Origin: Laetmonice hystrix
Taxonomy: Eukaryota
NCBI GenBank assembly: GCA_965235115.1
Contig: OZ249445.1
Span: 3,410,001 to 3,474,000 of the forward strand
Reading direction: 5' to 3'
Length of the DNA: 64,000 nt
Part shown: positions 12,401 through 24,195 of the stretch, piece after piece
How positions within the stretch are numbered: position 1 is the stretch's first letter
Layout: every line of letters starts with the position of its first letter
Notes under the pieces: generated by a model
Seen by the model: the letters and a program-made list of their open reading frames with translations, nothing else
What the model was told of the DNA's origin: nothing
Databases searched by the model: none
Translations under genes and position numbers: made by a program

Positions 12401-15400
12401 ATGAGGTCCTGAAATGGTTTATAAGATCTGAACTCTTTCTGAAGCTGAGCTTACATTATTATAGTTTAGCCAGTCATTGTATGATACCTATAATATTGGT
12501 TAAGCTCAATTCACACGTTTTATGCCATCATTTCCTATATTAAATAGACAATGAAGTCAGTGAGCGAGCCTGTGTACATATGGATCCATTAGGTGCTACT
12601 CATGGAAACCGGCATTATGATTGAACTTCTGAAGCAAAAATACCACGTAAAAAAGACGCGTGAAATCTATTACATTATAATCTTGAGGTGAAAAGGCTTT
12701 TTGTGTGCGTAAACTACATCTAAATTTCTGTCACGGGAGGGTTGAACAGTGGAATTAGGCGTTGAATAGTGATGCAGGGCGGTGGCAGATTGTCAATTGT
12801 GTGCCGCTGGCAGCAATGGGTTGTGTCAATGGACGCGCAGACTGGAGTGGTTGAATGAATCACAGTCATGTGATGGATTGTACGAGACAATGGGACCTGT
12901 TCAACGCCCGGATAACAATAGGCAGGAGGGCGCGTGAAAGTGGCAGCAGGGTCAGAAGGTATATGACTGGAGCGGGCGGGCCACATCGGTCTCCGGTGCC
13001 AAGTCCATTGTCTCCCGTCGGGCCATTGTCTGTCAGGAGTGATCACCACAACGATCAGTTAACGGTGCGGTCTCAGTGCGGTCGGTGAGCTGCCGGGCGG
13101 CCAGCTCGGCATGGACATGGACCTGATTTATAACTGAGTCTGCACCCCCCCCCCTCCCACCTCCCGCTGGGGGGGGGGGGGGGGTCGGGACAGCCCCCCC
13201 CCCCCTCCCACCTCCCGCTGGGGGGATCGGGACAGGTTTTATAGTAGGAGATATTGTGGGAATGGGCGGCGGTGGATGATGGTCGGGAGAGTTTTATTTG
13301 TGGAAGGAGAAAATGGTGATGATATGTATATCTGAGACATACTCTTCATTACCAAATACTCGGTGTGACAGCAGACCGGTGGTGTAAACCCTACAGACGC
13401 TCAGGCAATAACCCCACCGGCTTTAGTTTTGGGGTAGCAATATATCAGATCATGCAGGGAACAAAAATATAAAAAAAAAACGAGGAAGAAATGAGGATAA
13501 TTTATGCGGAGATTTAAGGAGAGAATCAAGTCAATATGATGAATACTGATGGCGGACATATGTCGGCCGTCGTGAGTCAGGTAAGGGGTGGCTATGTATC
13601 TAACGGATCACAGGTGGCGAGGTAAGAAAACTCATGCACCATCCTCTCGTCTCTGTCTCTAGGATTGTTCTACGTCATGGACCAGTCCCAACATTGAAAG
13701 AGGTGCTAAGAGAATTAGGACCAGACAGGCAAAAAAGCCACTTAACTCTAGAACTCAAATTTCGTTTGCGAACCACAGTTTTTGTGCCCCCTGCCTCCTC
13801 CCCATGCCCTACCACGAAGTGTTTTTTTCTTAGCCCGACATCAGGTTGGAGTCTACACTGACAGCCTTCTGTGCGAGAGACACCTGAGAGAAAGTGAAAA
13901 ACTTCACTTAACCAAAGACACAAAAACTAATTCGCGTTGTGGAGAATTCATTTTAACGACGTTTCAAAGTGTTGGGTTTCTGGTGAAAAAAGAATGGGGT
14001 GATATTCTTAGACCAGAAAGAGTAGGGTGTGTTTACTGTTCTGGGTAATTCCGACAGGAGAGTAGGAGGTTTATGGCGACGATAAAGAGTGGAACAGGGT
14101 GCTGTGATTTCACGGACGCTGATTGGCAGGCAAGGATGGAGATAAACACAAACTGCCAGTTTCCGCGAAGTGCCGCGAAGTCTGGGGGCAGGAGGATACA
14201 GACAGACCATTGTGGTACTCGAGAGGGACCACATTATTCAGTACGACAATGTAACCATACAGACATACCGGTACACTTGGCCGCTGATGGCGCGGCTTCA
14301 AGTGGCCTGGGTTAGGCCAGTCCCACATGAGGTTTTAATCAGGGCCGCTAGGGCCGCCCCTTCCCGCACTGACATACACACAAGCCAACTACATTTCAAG
14401 AGCATTAACTGAGCCATCTTTGTTTGTAAAGAAAAAAACAACTTGACTTGGGAGAGATTGCAGACTTATGAAGAAGAGTGCTAGGAGTCATAAAAAGTTG
14501 ATACTTGGTGTGTTGTGTAAGCGCATCAAGTGACTTCAGTGAAAACTTTCGACGTGCACGTTTGCCAGGAAGTGCCTAGAAGAGGCGTTGGACGGCACAG
14601 AATTGGCTTTGTGACACTGAAACAGGCCAGATGACCCTCAGAAAGCCGAGAAGGCAGCAACAATGGGACGAGCTTGTTTATACAAGGAAATGCGTGTCAA
14701 GTAGCAGCGATCGCACCAATGGTGTGCTTGCTGATGGATACAGCGCCACCTAGGCCGCGAGGCCCGGATGTTGGCTGATGACCGTAAACAGACATGGTAT
14801 TGTAACACCAAGGCAACAAAGCGCAGACGGCTGCCTAGAAATGCCAGGAAATGGGACAAGGGGATGGGGTGGGGGAGGTGTGTGCTGGGAGGGGGTAGGA
14901 GAAGAGGGTGTCTGATGAAACTTTCCAGCGGGTAGGCAGCACCATGTATGGTGACGACGTAGAAAGTCCACCACCATGCTTTTCTCGCTCAGTGTGTGTG
15001 ATCTCAAGTCTGCGAGCAGTGAACTATGCAGTGGTCTATGGCCGGGATCGCTGGAGGAGCTCTCAGGCGGCCGGCACAGTGCGCGACCTCTGGTGGCCAC
15101 AACAGGTTTCAAACTACCTTCAACTCCAATCCCACCAAACGGTGCTCTCCCCTGATCAGTGTCCGTGAAGCTGAGCGATTGCTGGGGAAGTTAGCAAAGA
15201 TACCTGAGAAAACAAGGCGGGGGTTTAGAGCGAGAGTGTGGGCCAATTAACCTTGTTCCTGCCTGGTTGTGTGTTGGTCAGGGGTAAGTCATTGGGTGCG
15301 AGTGGGGGGGTTGTTATTGTTGAGTGCAGAGTTGATGGAGGAAGGTCTGATGTTAAGGTAGATGGAGCTGTTAACTTACTGGAGGAGAGAAGCTGGGGCC

Positions 15401-16959
15401 AGCTGGTGTTGGCCAGTACCAGGAGCAGCCGGAGAGGGCCTGCTTCACGAGACAAGTAGGGGAGCGGAGCATTGTGTGCGTGCAGCGCGGCGGCTTGCTG
15501 GAGGAGGGTGGCGGGGAGGGAGAGTTGTCTGAGGGTTGGAGTGGGGGTGGGGGGGCAGACTCGTACCGCGGTCCGGGCTACCAGGGCCGCTACCCCTGCA
15601 GGCCGGCCGGCCGGCCGGACGGTGGTGGTCCCGCCTACTGTTATTACAGTGTAATATCCTGATAACGTGCCGTCCACCCCACCCAACTCTCACCACCGAG
15701 ACAACCACATGGCCCCTGTTTATATGTCCTCCATATAACAAATGGTGCTCATCCTATACCCCCTTACATCTTTTGTACTCATTCACCTTGACTCAAGGAC
15801 TCTGAGGAATTCTCAGGACACTCTGGACGATCATGGGAATAGCTCTGCTTCTCAGCCTCATCTCTATTTTACATTCACCATGGCACTGTAAAGTTTTGAT
15901 GTTTAGTGGGAATGGTATCTTTTCCAAGGAATAAGAGAACTCGTAAACTTTCGATGTGAACATTTGATCGGGATCGTATCGGTTACTATACGCAGTAATG
16001 GAAAATATTGTGCCAAGAAAGTTTCATTTTCAACTGCTCATGCGATAGTTGAGAAAAGATTGACCTAGTTTTCGGGAACCGTTCATATGTCATAATCAGC
16101 CCCAAATTTATACAATATTATTTTTTGGATGATGTTTGAGCAGATGTTTTTCATGTCGGTTGTGTGTAGCTTGAACCTGGGGTTTTTATTGTTTGTTTTT
16201 TGTTGAGCGTGGAAAGTTTGAGTTGTGGACTGTGAGTGATGGCATGTACCATGAACCGTGGAGCTATGGTTGGAGGGAGACCCGGTGTAGGGAGTTGGCC
16301 AGTGTGGCGGTGGTCTCACCCCTGATAGCACCAGTGAGGACCTTTGCTGCGCGCACATTGTTTAAATTTAGCCCCAGCCGAGAGTTTAATCTGCCCGTAC
16401 ACAGGTTGTGTGCGCGCACACTGGCCGCGGGATGATTCATGACGATGTCTGCCCGGTTTATCTGTAGACATATCCATTTCTCAGAAGTGACGAGCGCGCA
16501 CACGAGGGGGCAAAATTTGATTTATCCACACTGAGGGTGTTGATAACAGGAGGAGCCTGTTCCCGGATACACGGCACTCCATGAATAATAAACCGGCAGC
16601 TACCACATGATTCACACAGCTGTGCTCGCTGACGAACAACTCACACACGCTACTGTTCTTACCCCCCCCCCCCCCCCCAACACTCCGCGTAAAAAAAGAT
16701 TAAAAGAAATCCCAACTCCGTTGTTTCCGACCGCGGGAAATGAAAGTGATCATCACACGGTTTTTTATGTGATACTTACGATAAAACAGGTGAAAATTGG
16801 GTTAGGATAAAGGGGTAACGGGGGTAACCCTCAGAGAGGGTAGAAAGGAGGATTATCCTCTATCTTGGTGAACTCGTTGAGGAGGCGCAGAAGGCCACGA
16901 CAAGGGTTGTGGCACAATGTCTTTATTATTTGTGAAGATGTTCCTGGGACTCCTCAGAG

Positions 16960-17740
16960 ATAAGTCAAGTCATGGCACTTGGCAAAGAAAGGCGCTTAGA
17001 GTGGTAAAGGGGCTAATCTTCTGATTAGTATGTTTGGATTGTCAGGGGAGGATTGGGCTGGCCTGGAAGATGAAAGGGTGGAGACCACGGCAGCTGGTCT
17101 CCAGGGAGTCAGCCAAAACAAGCGCCTCCTCCTTGCAAGGCCCAGCGTCCTCCTCCTGGAGAAATGGGTGTAGAAACGAGATAGGACTTCAGGGACCGGG
17201 CCCCTAGCAACGTCATAACATCCCTACATTGTCGCATGCCTCCTCAAAAGCCGAAAATATCACTTACACAGTTTACGGCCTCCACAGGCCGTGGGGGACA
17301 TGAAGGAACCTCCAGGAAGGGGAAACAAACGCTAATATTTCCTGGCAGTTGTTGCCATACCAACCACTTCTTTGTTCCCAGGTGTGTTTTCGCTGCCACA
17401 GCTCGCGGCCGGCGTTCTTCATCAGGCGCTTGCCACAACATGTCTCTCGAAACGGATGCGCCTAAAAAAGTTTTCCATTGGAAAAAACAATACATCTAGT
17501 TGATTATTGTGTATGGGGGCGGTGTGGCTGGCCGGTTTGTGTCCTGGAACTGACAGGGACATGATCCACCAGCTGTAGGCCGACCAGTAGCAGTGGGAGG
17601 AGGGACTTGGCATACCAGGAAACGCTCAGATGCCGCGAAATGAGACAAAGGCACATGTTCCTTGCACCGTACCATTGTGGTGGTGGGACGGCGGCTGCGA
17701 GGTAGAAAAACTTTCCAGGATCACTTTCTCCGTCTCTGAC
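16960..17740 (-). mobile_element. Highly eroded non-LTR retrotransposon RT remnant
   Basis: The minus strand reads IFSAFEEACDNV (cf. IFxDFEKAFDNV, three single-base changes) at about 17225-17260, followed by LKSYL and a QASPILPL segment (cf. QGSxLxPL). Confidence 0.4.
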
Positions 17741-18971
17741 AGCAATAATGTAGAAGGGGGTAACCCAACCTAGATCTGTTTAGGGGGAGCGGGCATTGAG
17801 CGTAGCACAGTCTGACAAGACATTATCATGGCCAGAATTGGATCAAATTACCCGATTGCCACACAACACTACTATATTTAGCTGCACTGGCTGGCCACGG
17901 ACCCCGTGCGGGCCCCGTCAAATGCAGAAAACTGTGGCTTATGTGGAAACAATTGGTGAAGGTTGGAGAAGTGCAGTGGTTGTTGAAGTTTGGGGGTAGA
18001 GTTTGGCAGGCTGTGATGTTGTAAAGGTAGGGGGTTGGTAAGGTAGGTGGGAGGGTGAAAGTCCAGGAACTCGGAACCGATCCGAGGTGAATGAGGAGAG
18101 AGAGAGCCTAGCGACATGATGCAGGCTAACCTCTCTTGTTTCTCGCTACTGTGTGTGGAGGGCCAGACGTATGGCAACTGGTCATGGTAACAGTGGCCAT
18201 GGTAACACAAGCTGCTGCAGTAACAGCAGCTGCCCAGTGGGTGGAGGTGGGCAAGGAGCTATATTTGGGTAGGGAATGATTGTCTGAGTCTGCCCCCGAC
18301 TGCCCTCCCCCACCACCACAACGCCACCACTAACAGTCGGGCACGGATCCAGCTATTGTCTACGTTCCGACCCAGTGGCTTCCAGTATTGTTTTATTGGG
18401 GGGGGGAGAGACTTTTGAGAAGCCATTTCATTGGCAAAACATGAGATTGTTGAGGAACAGCTGTGTATAATAATAGCGTATATACTGTTGTATAGTACGG
18501 TAAGCAGTGGCCAATCAGAACTTGGCATTGGGGTCACATGGTTTATGATCGAAAACCCTGATGGCACGGCACACAATAGACGCGTGTGTGTGTGCCGGTT
18601 GTTGGTCAGTACCTGGGATACAGACAGACTCAGGAACTTACCATAACCATCCTTGTCTTCACATCGCTTGCCTTGACAAATGATCGCCGTGTATGAAGTC
18701 TCCCGACTTGTTCCTGCACCCCACCCCCTTCGTCAACTATTCCATACTGAAGATTCCCGACTGAATGACCAATGTCTTGTCGTTCCTCGAGACTCATTAA
18801 TGAGACTCAGTTGGCATGGCAACTGAATGCCCTACACTAATCAAGCCTGTTTTCGAATGAACTTTCCTGCTATTGCTTAAGTCCTTGGGAGTGTAGAATA
18901 GCTTTTTGATGGACCAGACAATCAGAACTGGAGGGGAGTGAATAATTTTGAATGGCAATCACCGGGGAGGA

Positions 18972-19325
18972 AAGATCCCTGGTTGTGATGGCCTTGGGCC
19001 TGTCCTAATGAAAGCCTGTGTATGGCAGCCAGAGGTCCTCCTGAATTCTCTCGTTGGAGGCGGCCGTGGAGAGTTATTTCTCACAGATGTGACGAGGACT
19101 AGGCCCCGGGAGTGCTAGTAAAGGGCAGCCACTGGGGTCCTCCAACAACAAGGCTGTAGACAGTGGGAATCTTCTTAACACAGAACGGAATCCACAGGCC
19201 AGCAATAACCATAAATTGACTTTAGGCAATGGATGCATGTGGACATAATATCATGTTGGGAAAGCCGTCTGAGTTAGAACAAATTCGTTACTCCCTTCCT
19301 TCCCTTATCGCCAACAATTCAGAAA
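18972..19325 (+). mobile_element. Highly eroded non-LTR retrotransposon (CR1/L2-like) reverse transcriptase remnant
   Basis: RT-like motifs occur in the expected order across frameshifts: KIPGCDGL (cf. KSPGxDGL), NLL..QNGI (cf. QHGF), IDFRQ..VD-HNIMLGK (cf. IDFxKAFDxVDHxILLxKL) and SFPYRQQ (cf. SFLxxRQQ). Spacing is shorter than canonical. Confidence 0.45.
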
Positions 19326-19984
19326 AAACTTTGATGAAAAACGAGATCTCTGCGGTAATATTAATGGCCCCGGAAGTCGTGCTCCAACGTTCCGTTTAGA
19401 CAAGAGTTGGAAGTGGCAACAACTACAAAGTATGGTTAAACCTCACAAAGTACACATTCAAAAGCAGATAGCTTGATTTTCAAAGATTTTCATTAGCTTT
19501 CACTGCTAAACAAAGGTCTGTGAAATGTCTTGGAGCAGTAGTCATGCTGTGGAATTCGGAAGAATTAAATGACAATGCGCGGTTCAGTGTATCAATTAAT
19601 CAGTGTGAATGCCAACCTTGGCCAAGTGTCAGAACACCATGGCCTTGGGAACGGCGCGGGCGCTTTGATACCACCAGCACAATTGAAGGGAGCTTTGTCA
19701 TTCGGAAATATCGCAAGGGCCATGCATTAAGTCATGAAAGAAACAAAAAGCACATGCTGAATCGTAGAAAGAAAATGAAAAGGAAGAGTTATAAAGACGG
19801 AGTAGCGGCGTACAAGTCGGGGGGTGGAGAGGGGCGGGGGTGGGGGAGAGGGGCGGGGATAGCCTGTGAAGTTAAACACTTGAGGTCATGGACTTGGCTG
19901 GTGTATCAAAGGTGCGCACAATACAGCCTCATGTACAAAAGGAACATTAGATTGGCCGGTGGCTGTGCGGTGGAGATGATGACT

Positions 19985-20101
19985 GGCAGAATGTGGGCAG
20001 TGTTAGTGGTGACATGATCCATGGGCAGAATGTGGGCAGTGTTAGTGGTGACATGATCCATGGGCAGAATGTGGGCAGTGTTAGTGGTGACATGATCCAT
20101 G
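19985..20101. repeat. 39-bp unit x3 (GGCAGAATGTGGGCAGTGTTAGTGGTGACATGATCCATG)
   Basis: Units start at 19985, 20024 and 20063. Confidence 0.95.
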
Positions 20102-21144
20102 CAGTCAAACTATACGCCACATTTAGACTGTGTGAAGTATAGACCTACACGTATATACCACCAACAGCGTCGTATACACCAGTATCTCTGTAAGCATAAA
20201 GAAATGCATGTCTCTCAGATTATACAACATGTAAATCTGCAGGGGAGATTTGACAAGAGTTGAGGCTAGAGCACCGGGAGGGAGATTAAGATGAAGTTTA
20301 CCAGTCTGGTTAAGTATTTTCTATCAAGACACGTCAAGAATAGACTTGTGTTTTAATATCCTCAGTGATGAAACGGTATCATCACTATCTACAAGTAAGC
20401 AATATAGCCTTCTCGTGTTTTTGACATTTCATTAATCATTCTAGTAAAAATTCTGTCTGCTGGATTGCAGATATTTCTCTAGAAGTCTAGAAGACTAAAA
20501 GATTATTCATCAAAAAATACTATGATGCCTGGAAGTATTGACATTCATGAGTTTATCCGGTAGAATAGCAGTTGATGGTTAAATATAAATATAGTCTACA
20601 CTGTGGCACAGATTTAATCAACTCTCAGTGAAAATAATAGTTTTTCTATCTTGGCATAGTCTATCTTATAAGTATACATGAACTCTGTTTTAACTAAACA
20701 GAAAGGCATCTATAGAAAAACAGTGTTTCAACATTGAATAGCTTACCTGAATAAGAAGGAAATAAGATAAAAAGAAATGCCATAATCAAAAGGTAGAAAC
20801 AGGAAGAAGTATTGTGAATTGGGTTGTGAATGACCAGCGGGACTCAACCAAACGTTTCAAAGGACACAGACCAAAGGACGGCGAACCGTGTCGGTCCGCT
20901 CACACTGCCCACCGTGTCAACATCACAAAGCTAGCCTCTCAATGTATATCTCATTATGGGCTTTGTAAACACAGTAAACAAGCATTAACTCTGAGAGAAT
21001 AGTTGGGCTCATACAATGGTGCCGGCGCCGTACGGAATAAACAACCCCAATCAGTGCAATCAGATGCACCCAATATTCACGACTACAGTGACATGAGAGT
21101 CTCGTAATGAACTTGGCAGCGGAGTCTCTGCTAATTCTCAGTGC

Positions 21145-21158
21145 GCGCCACCTGGCGG
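21145..21158 (-). promoter_or_regulatory. CTCF consensus motif (reverse)
   Basis: GCGCCACCTGGCGG; reverse complement CCGCCAGGTGGCGC is 14/14 to CCRSYAGRKGGCRS. Confidence 0.55.
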
Positions 21159-21363
21159 GGGGAGGTGTGGAGGTGCGGTGTGCCTACCACACAGACTCCA
21201 GATCACTTTCATGCTGATTGAAGCCTGCCAAAAAAGACAGGAAGCGTGTTTGTGGAGACAGCGTCGACGGATGACACGTGAACTACGGAACGCACGCACC
21301 TGCGCACACACTAACGCACACACCCAACATGCACGCGCACCCCCACAAATTATCTGTGGATCT

Positions 21364-21843
21364 CTGAGACGGCTGTGTGGTCGGTATAGGGACCCGATTG
21401 TTGTGTCGTCCCTGAGACTGCTGTGTTGTGTCGTCCCTGAGACGGCTGTGTGGTCGGTATAGGGACCCGATTGTTGTGTCGTCCCTGAGACTGCTGTGTT
21501 GTGTCGTCCCTGAGACGGCTGTGTGGTCGGTATAGAGACCCGATTGTTGTGTCGTCCCTGAGACGGCTGTATGGTCGGTATAGAGACCCGATTGTTGTGT
21601 CGTCCCTGAGACGGCTGTATGGTCGATATAGGGACCCGATTGTTGTGTCGTCCCTGAGACGGTTGTGTGGTCGGTATAGGGACCCGATTGTTGTGTCGTC
21701 CCTGAGACGGCTGTGTGGTCGGTATAGGGACCCGATTGTTATGTCGTCCCTGAGACGGCTGTGTGGTCGGTATAGGGACCCGATTGTTGTGTCGTCCCTG
21801 AGACTGCTGTGTGGTCGGTATAGGGACCCGATTGTTGTGTCGT
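21364..21843. repeat. 48-bp minisatellite, about 10 copies plus two shorter deletion units
   Basis: Unit CTGAGACGGCTGTGTGGTCGGTATAGGGACCCGATTGTTGTGTCGTCC. Confidence 0.95.
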
Positions 21844-23508
21844 TGTCCCCGCCGACGGAGGATGGAGAGTGTAGGCGGGGGGGGGGGGGTATGGCAGATA
21901 TTTATTGTCACTTTGTGTACGGCCCGGCTGTTTTACGTGTTGAGTTACGGGAGGGTACAAGCAAGGCATCCCATAGGTAAACACAGCCCTGGAGAGGGGC
22001 AACCGGCACCCCTTGTACACAGTCTTCCCGCCACTTGCCAGCCCCTTTTTTCACCTGTTATTTTCTACGGTTAACCATACCTCCACTTACTTCTCCTGGT
22101 GTTCGTTTTCCCTACTCAAATGATGGCCATAACTTCTCACTTTGTAATCCCTGACTTGCGTGGGTATAAATTACACATATGTATGATGATAGAGTGTTAA
22201 GGCATATATCCTAGGTGTAGAGGATCACTGGTTTCAATGCAGAGTTTGAGATTTCTTTCTCTGTTACATCGTTGTTTCATCAAAGTTTGTAAAGTTAAAA
22301 CCGTTATTTCCCTCAAGCAGTGATATAAGAAGTAATGGGTCATAATGGTAAGGAAAACAACAAGACAGGCGTACTTCAACGGCATCTTTCTTCTGATAGT
22401 CACTAGAATGAATACAGTTAGATTATTTTGATGAAAATGTTGTTCCACCTTGGAAGCGAATGTTGTGAGCTTCCTGATGTTCGTCCCATGGCTCCCCCTA
22501 TCGGTCAGTGGTGTCATCAATCAGAGAATGAGAAGCTCGCTGTGAGAGTGTCGCAGCCATCGACCATGCACAGAGCACTCTCTCCTGACCGGGGGTGTGC
22601 CGGTATTTAGAGAAGAGCCTTGGAGATTCCCTGGGCAGGCCTGAGGCATTAGCCTAGTCCTTTGTTTTAACACCAGATGCTAGAGTCTGGTTGATTTAAC
22701 GGGGCAGGGAGGGGGAGGGAGGCATTACCACACCATTAGCCTCCTTGCTTATGTCACAGCCTCCTTGGGCGCCTCCAGTGCTCCCAGACCGGTGTTTGGT
22801 TTCAGGGACGGGTTCGGGGAGCACGGACCTCCGCTAGCTGCCAGCTGGTATTACACCAAAAACTATACCCCCAACCCCCACCCTCCCGGCGGTGGAAAGA
22901 ATAGGTTCCCAAGAAATGGAGTCATGCTTTGAGATAAGCATTGAGAGTGTCATGGGTAAACCCACGGGGGGATAGGAACAGCATTCATATGTAACTGGGG
23001 AAACTTGCGAAGAAAATCTGCAGGAGAAGTTGATAGAGTGGGAGTATTAAGTAGGAGTATTTCTTACATGCTCACACATGATTCTGTGATAGCTTATACC
23101 AACGAGACAAGACAGATTATCTAGTCATGTTGTTTGTATAGAAACACAGTGATAAAAATGTTTGAAATTGAGTTAATTCTTGGAAATTTTTCGAAGTTCA
23201 ATCAGAGCTCTTGAACGTTTGAATCATTAGTAACAGTTACAGCCAATTCACGGTCTGTAGGCAGAGAACGAAAGAGAACACATAGATCGAAGTTGTTACG
23301 GGAAAACGCTGGGAACCGGAGAGGGGGGGTTGTCCGGAAAGGGTGAGCATTGAAATATTAATTGACGATATAAGGATATAACGTCTCCCAAACCACGGTA
23401 CACGAGCCGTGGTGTGAAGTGACACCTAGCGACAAATGGGTGTAATGAGTGTGGCGAGCCAGGGTTAGGGTCATAGAACACAGGTCTGTATTGTCGTGTA
23501 TGGTGGAC

Positions 23509-24195
23509 GGGGTGGAGCGAGTATGTGGGGGTGGGTGGAGCGAGTATGTGGGGGTGGAGTGGAGCGAGTATGTGGGGGTGGGTGGAGCGAGTATGTGGGG
23601 GTGGGGTGGAGCGAGTATGTGGGGGTGGAGTGGAGCGAGTATGTGGGGGTGGGTGGAGCCAGTATGTGGGGGTGGAGTGGAGCGAGTATGTGGGGGTGGG
23701 GTGGAGCGAGTATGTGGGGGTGGAGTGGAGCGAGTATGTGGGGGTGGGTGGAGCCAGTATGTGGGGGTGGAGTGGAGCGAGTATGTGGGGGTGGAGTGGA
23801 GCGAGTATGTGGGGGTGGGGTGGAGCGAGTATGTGGGGGTGGAGTGGAGCGAGTATGTGGGGGTGGGTGGGGCGAGTATGTGGGGGTGGGTGGAGCGAGT
23901 ATGTGGGGGTGGGTGGAGCGAGTATGTGGGGGTGGGTGGAGCGAGTATGTGGGGGTGGGGTGGAGCGAGTATGTGGGGGTGGGTGGAGCGAGTATGTGGG
24001 GGTGGAGTGGAGCGAGTATGTGGGGGTGGAGTGGAGCGAGTATGTGGGGGTGGAGTGGAGCGAGTATGTGGGGGTGGGTGGAGCCAGTATGTGGGGGTGA
24101 GTGGAGCCAGTATGTGGGGGTGAGTGGAGCCAGTATGTGGGGGTGGGTGGAGCCAGTATGTGGGGGTGAGTGGAGCCAGTATGTTGGGGTGGAGT
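23509..24195 (+). repeat. G-rich 23-24-bp minisatellite, about 29 copies (GTATGTGGGGGTGG[A/G]GTGGAGCGA)
   Basis: Tandem units, each with a G5 run, nearly devoid of C on the + strand. Confidence 0.96.

Noticed and set aside
13782-14048. LCERHL as a THAP-like fragment
   Set aside because: The other THAP residues (N-terminal C2, W, P) are absent.
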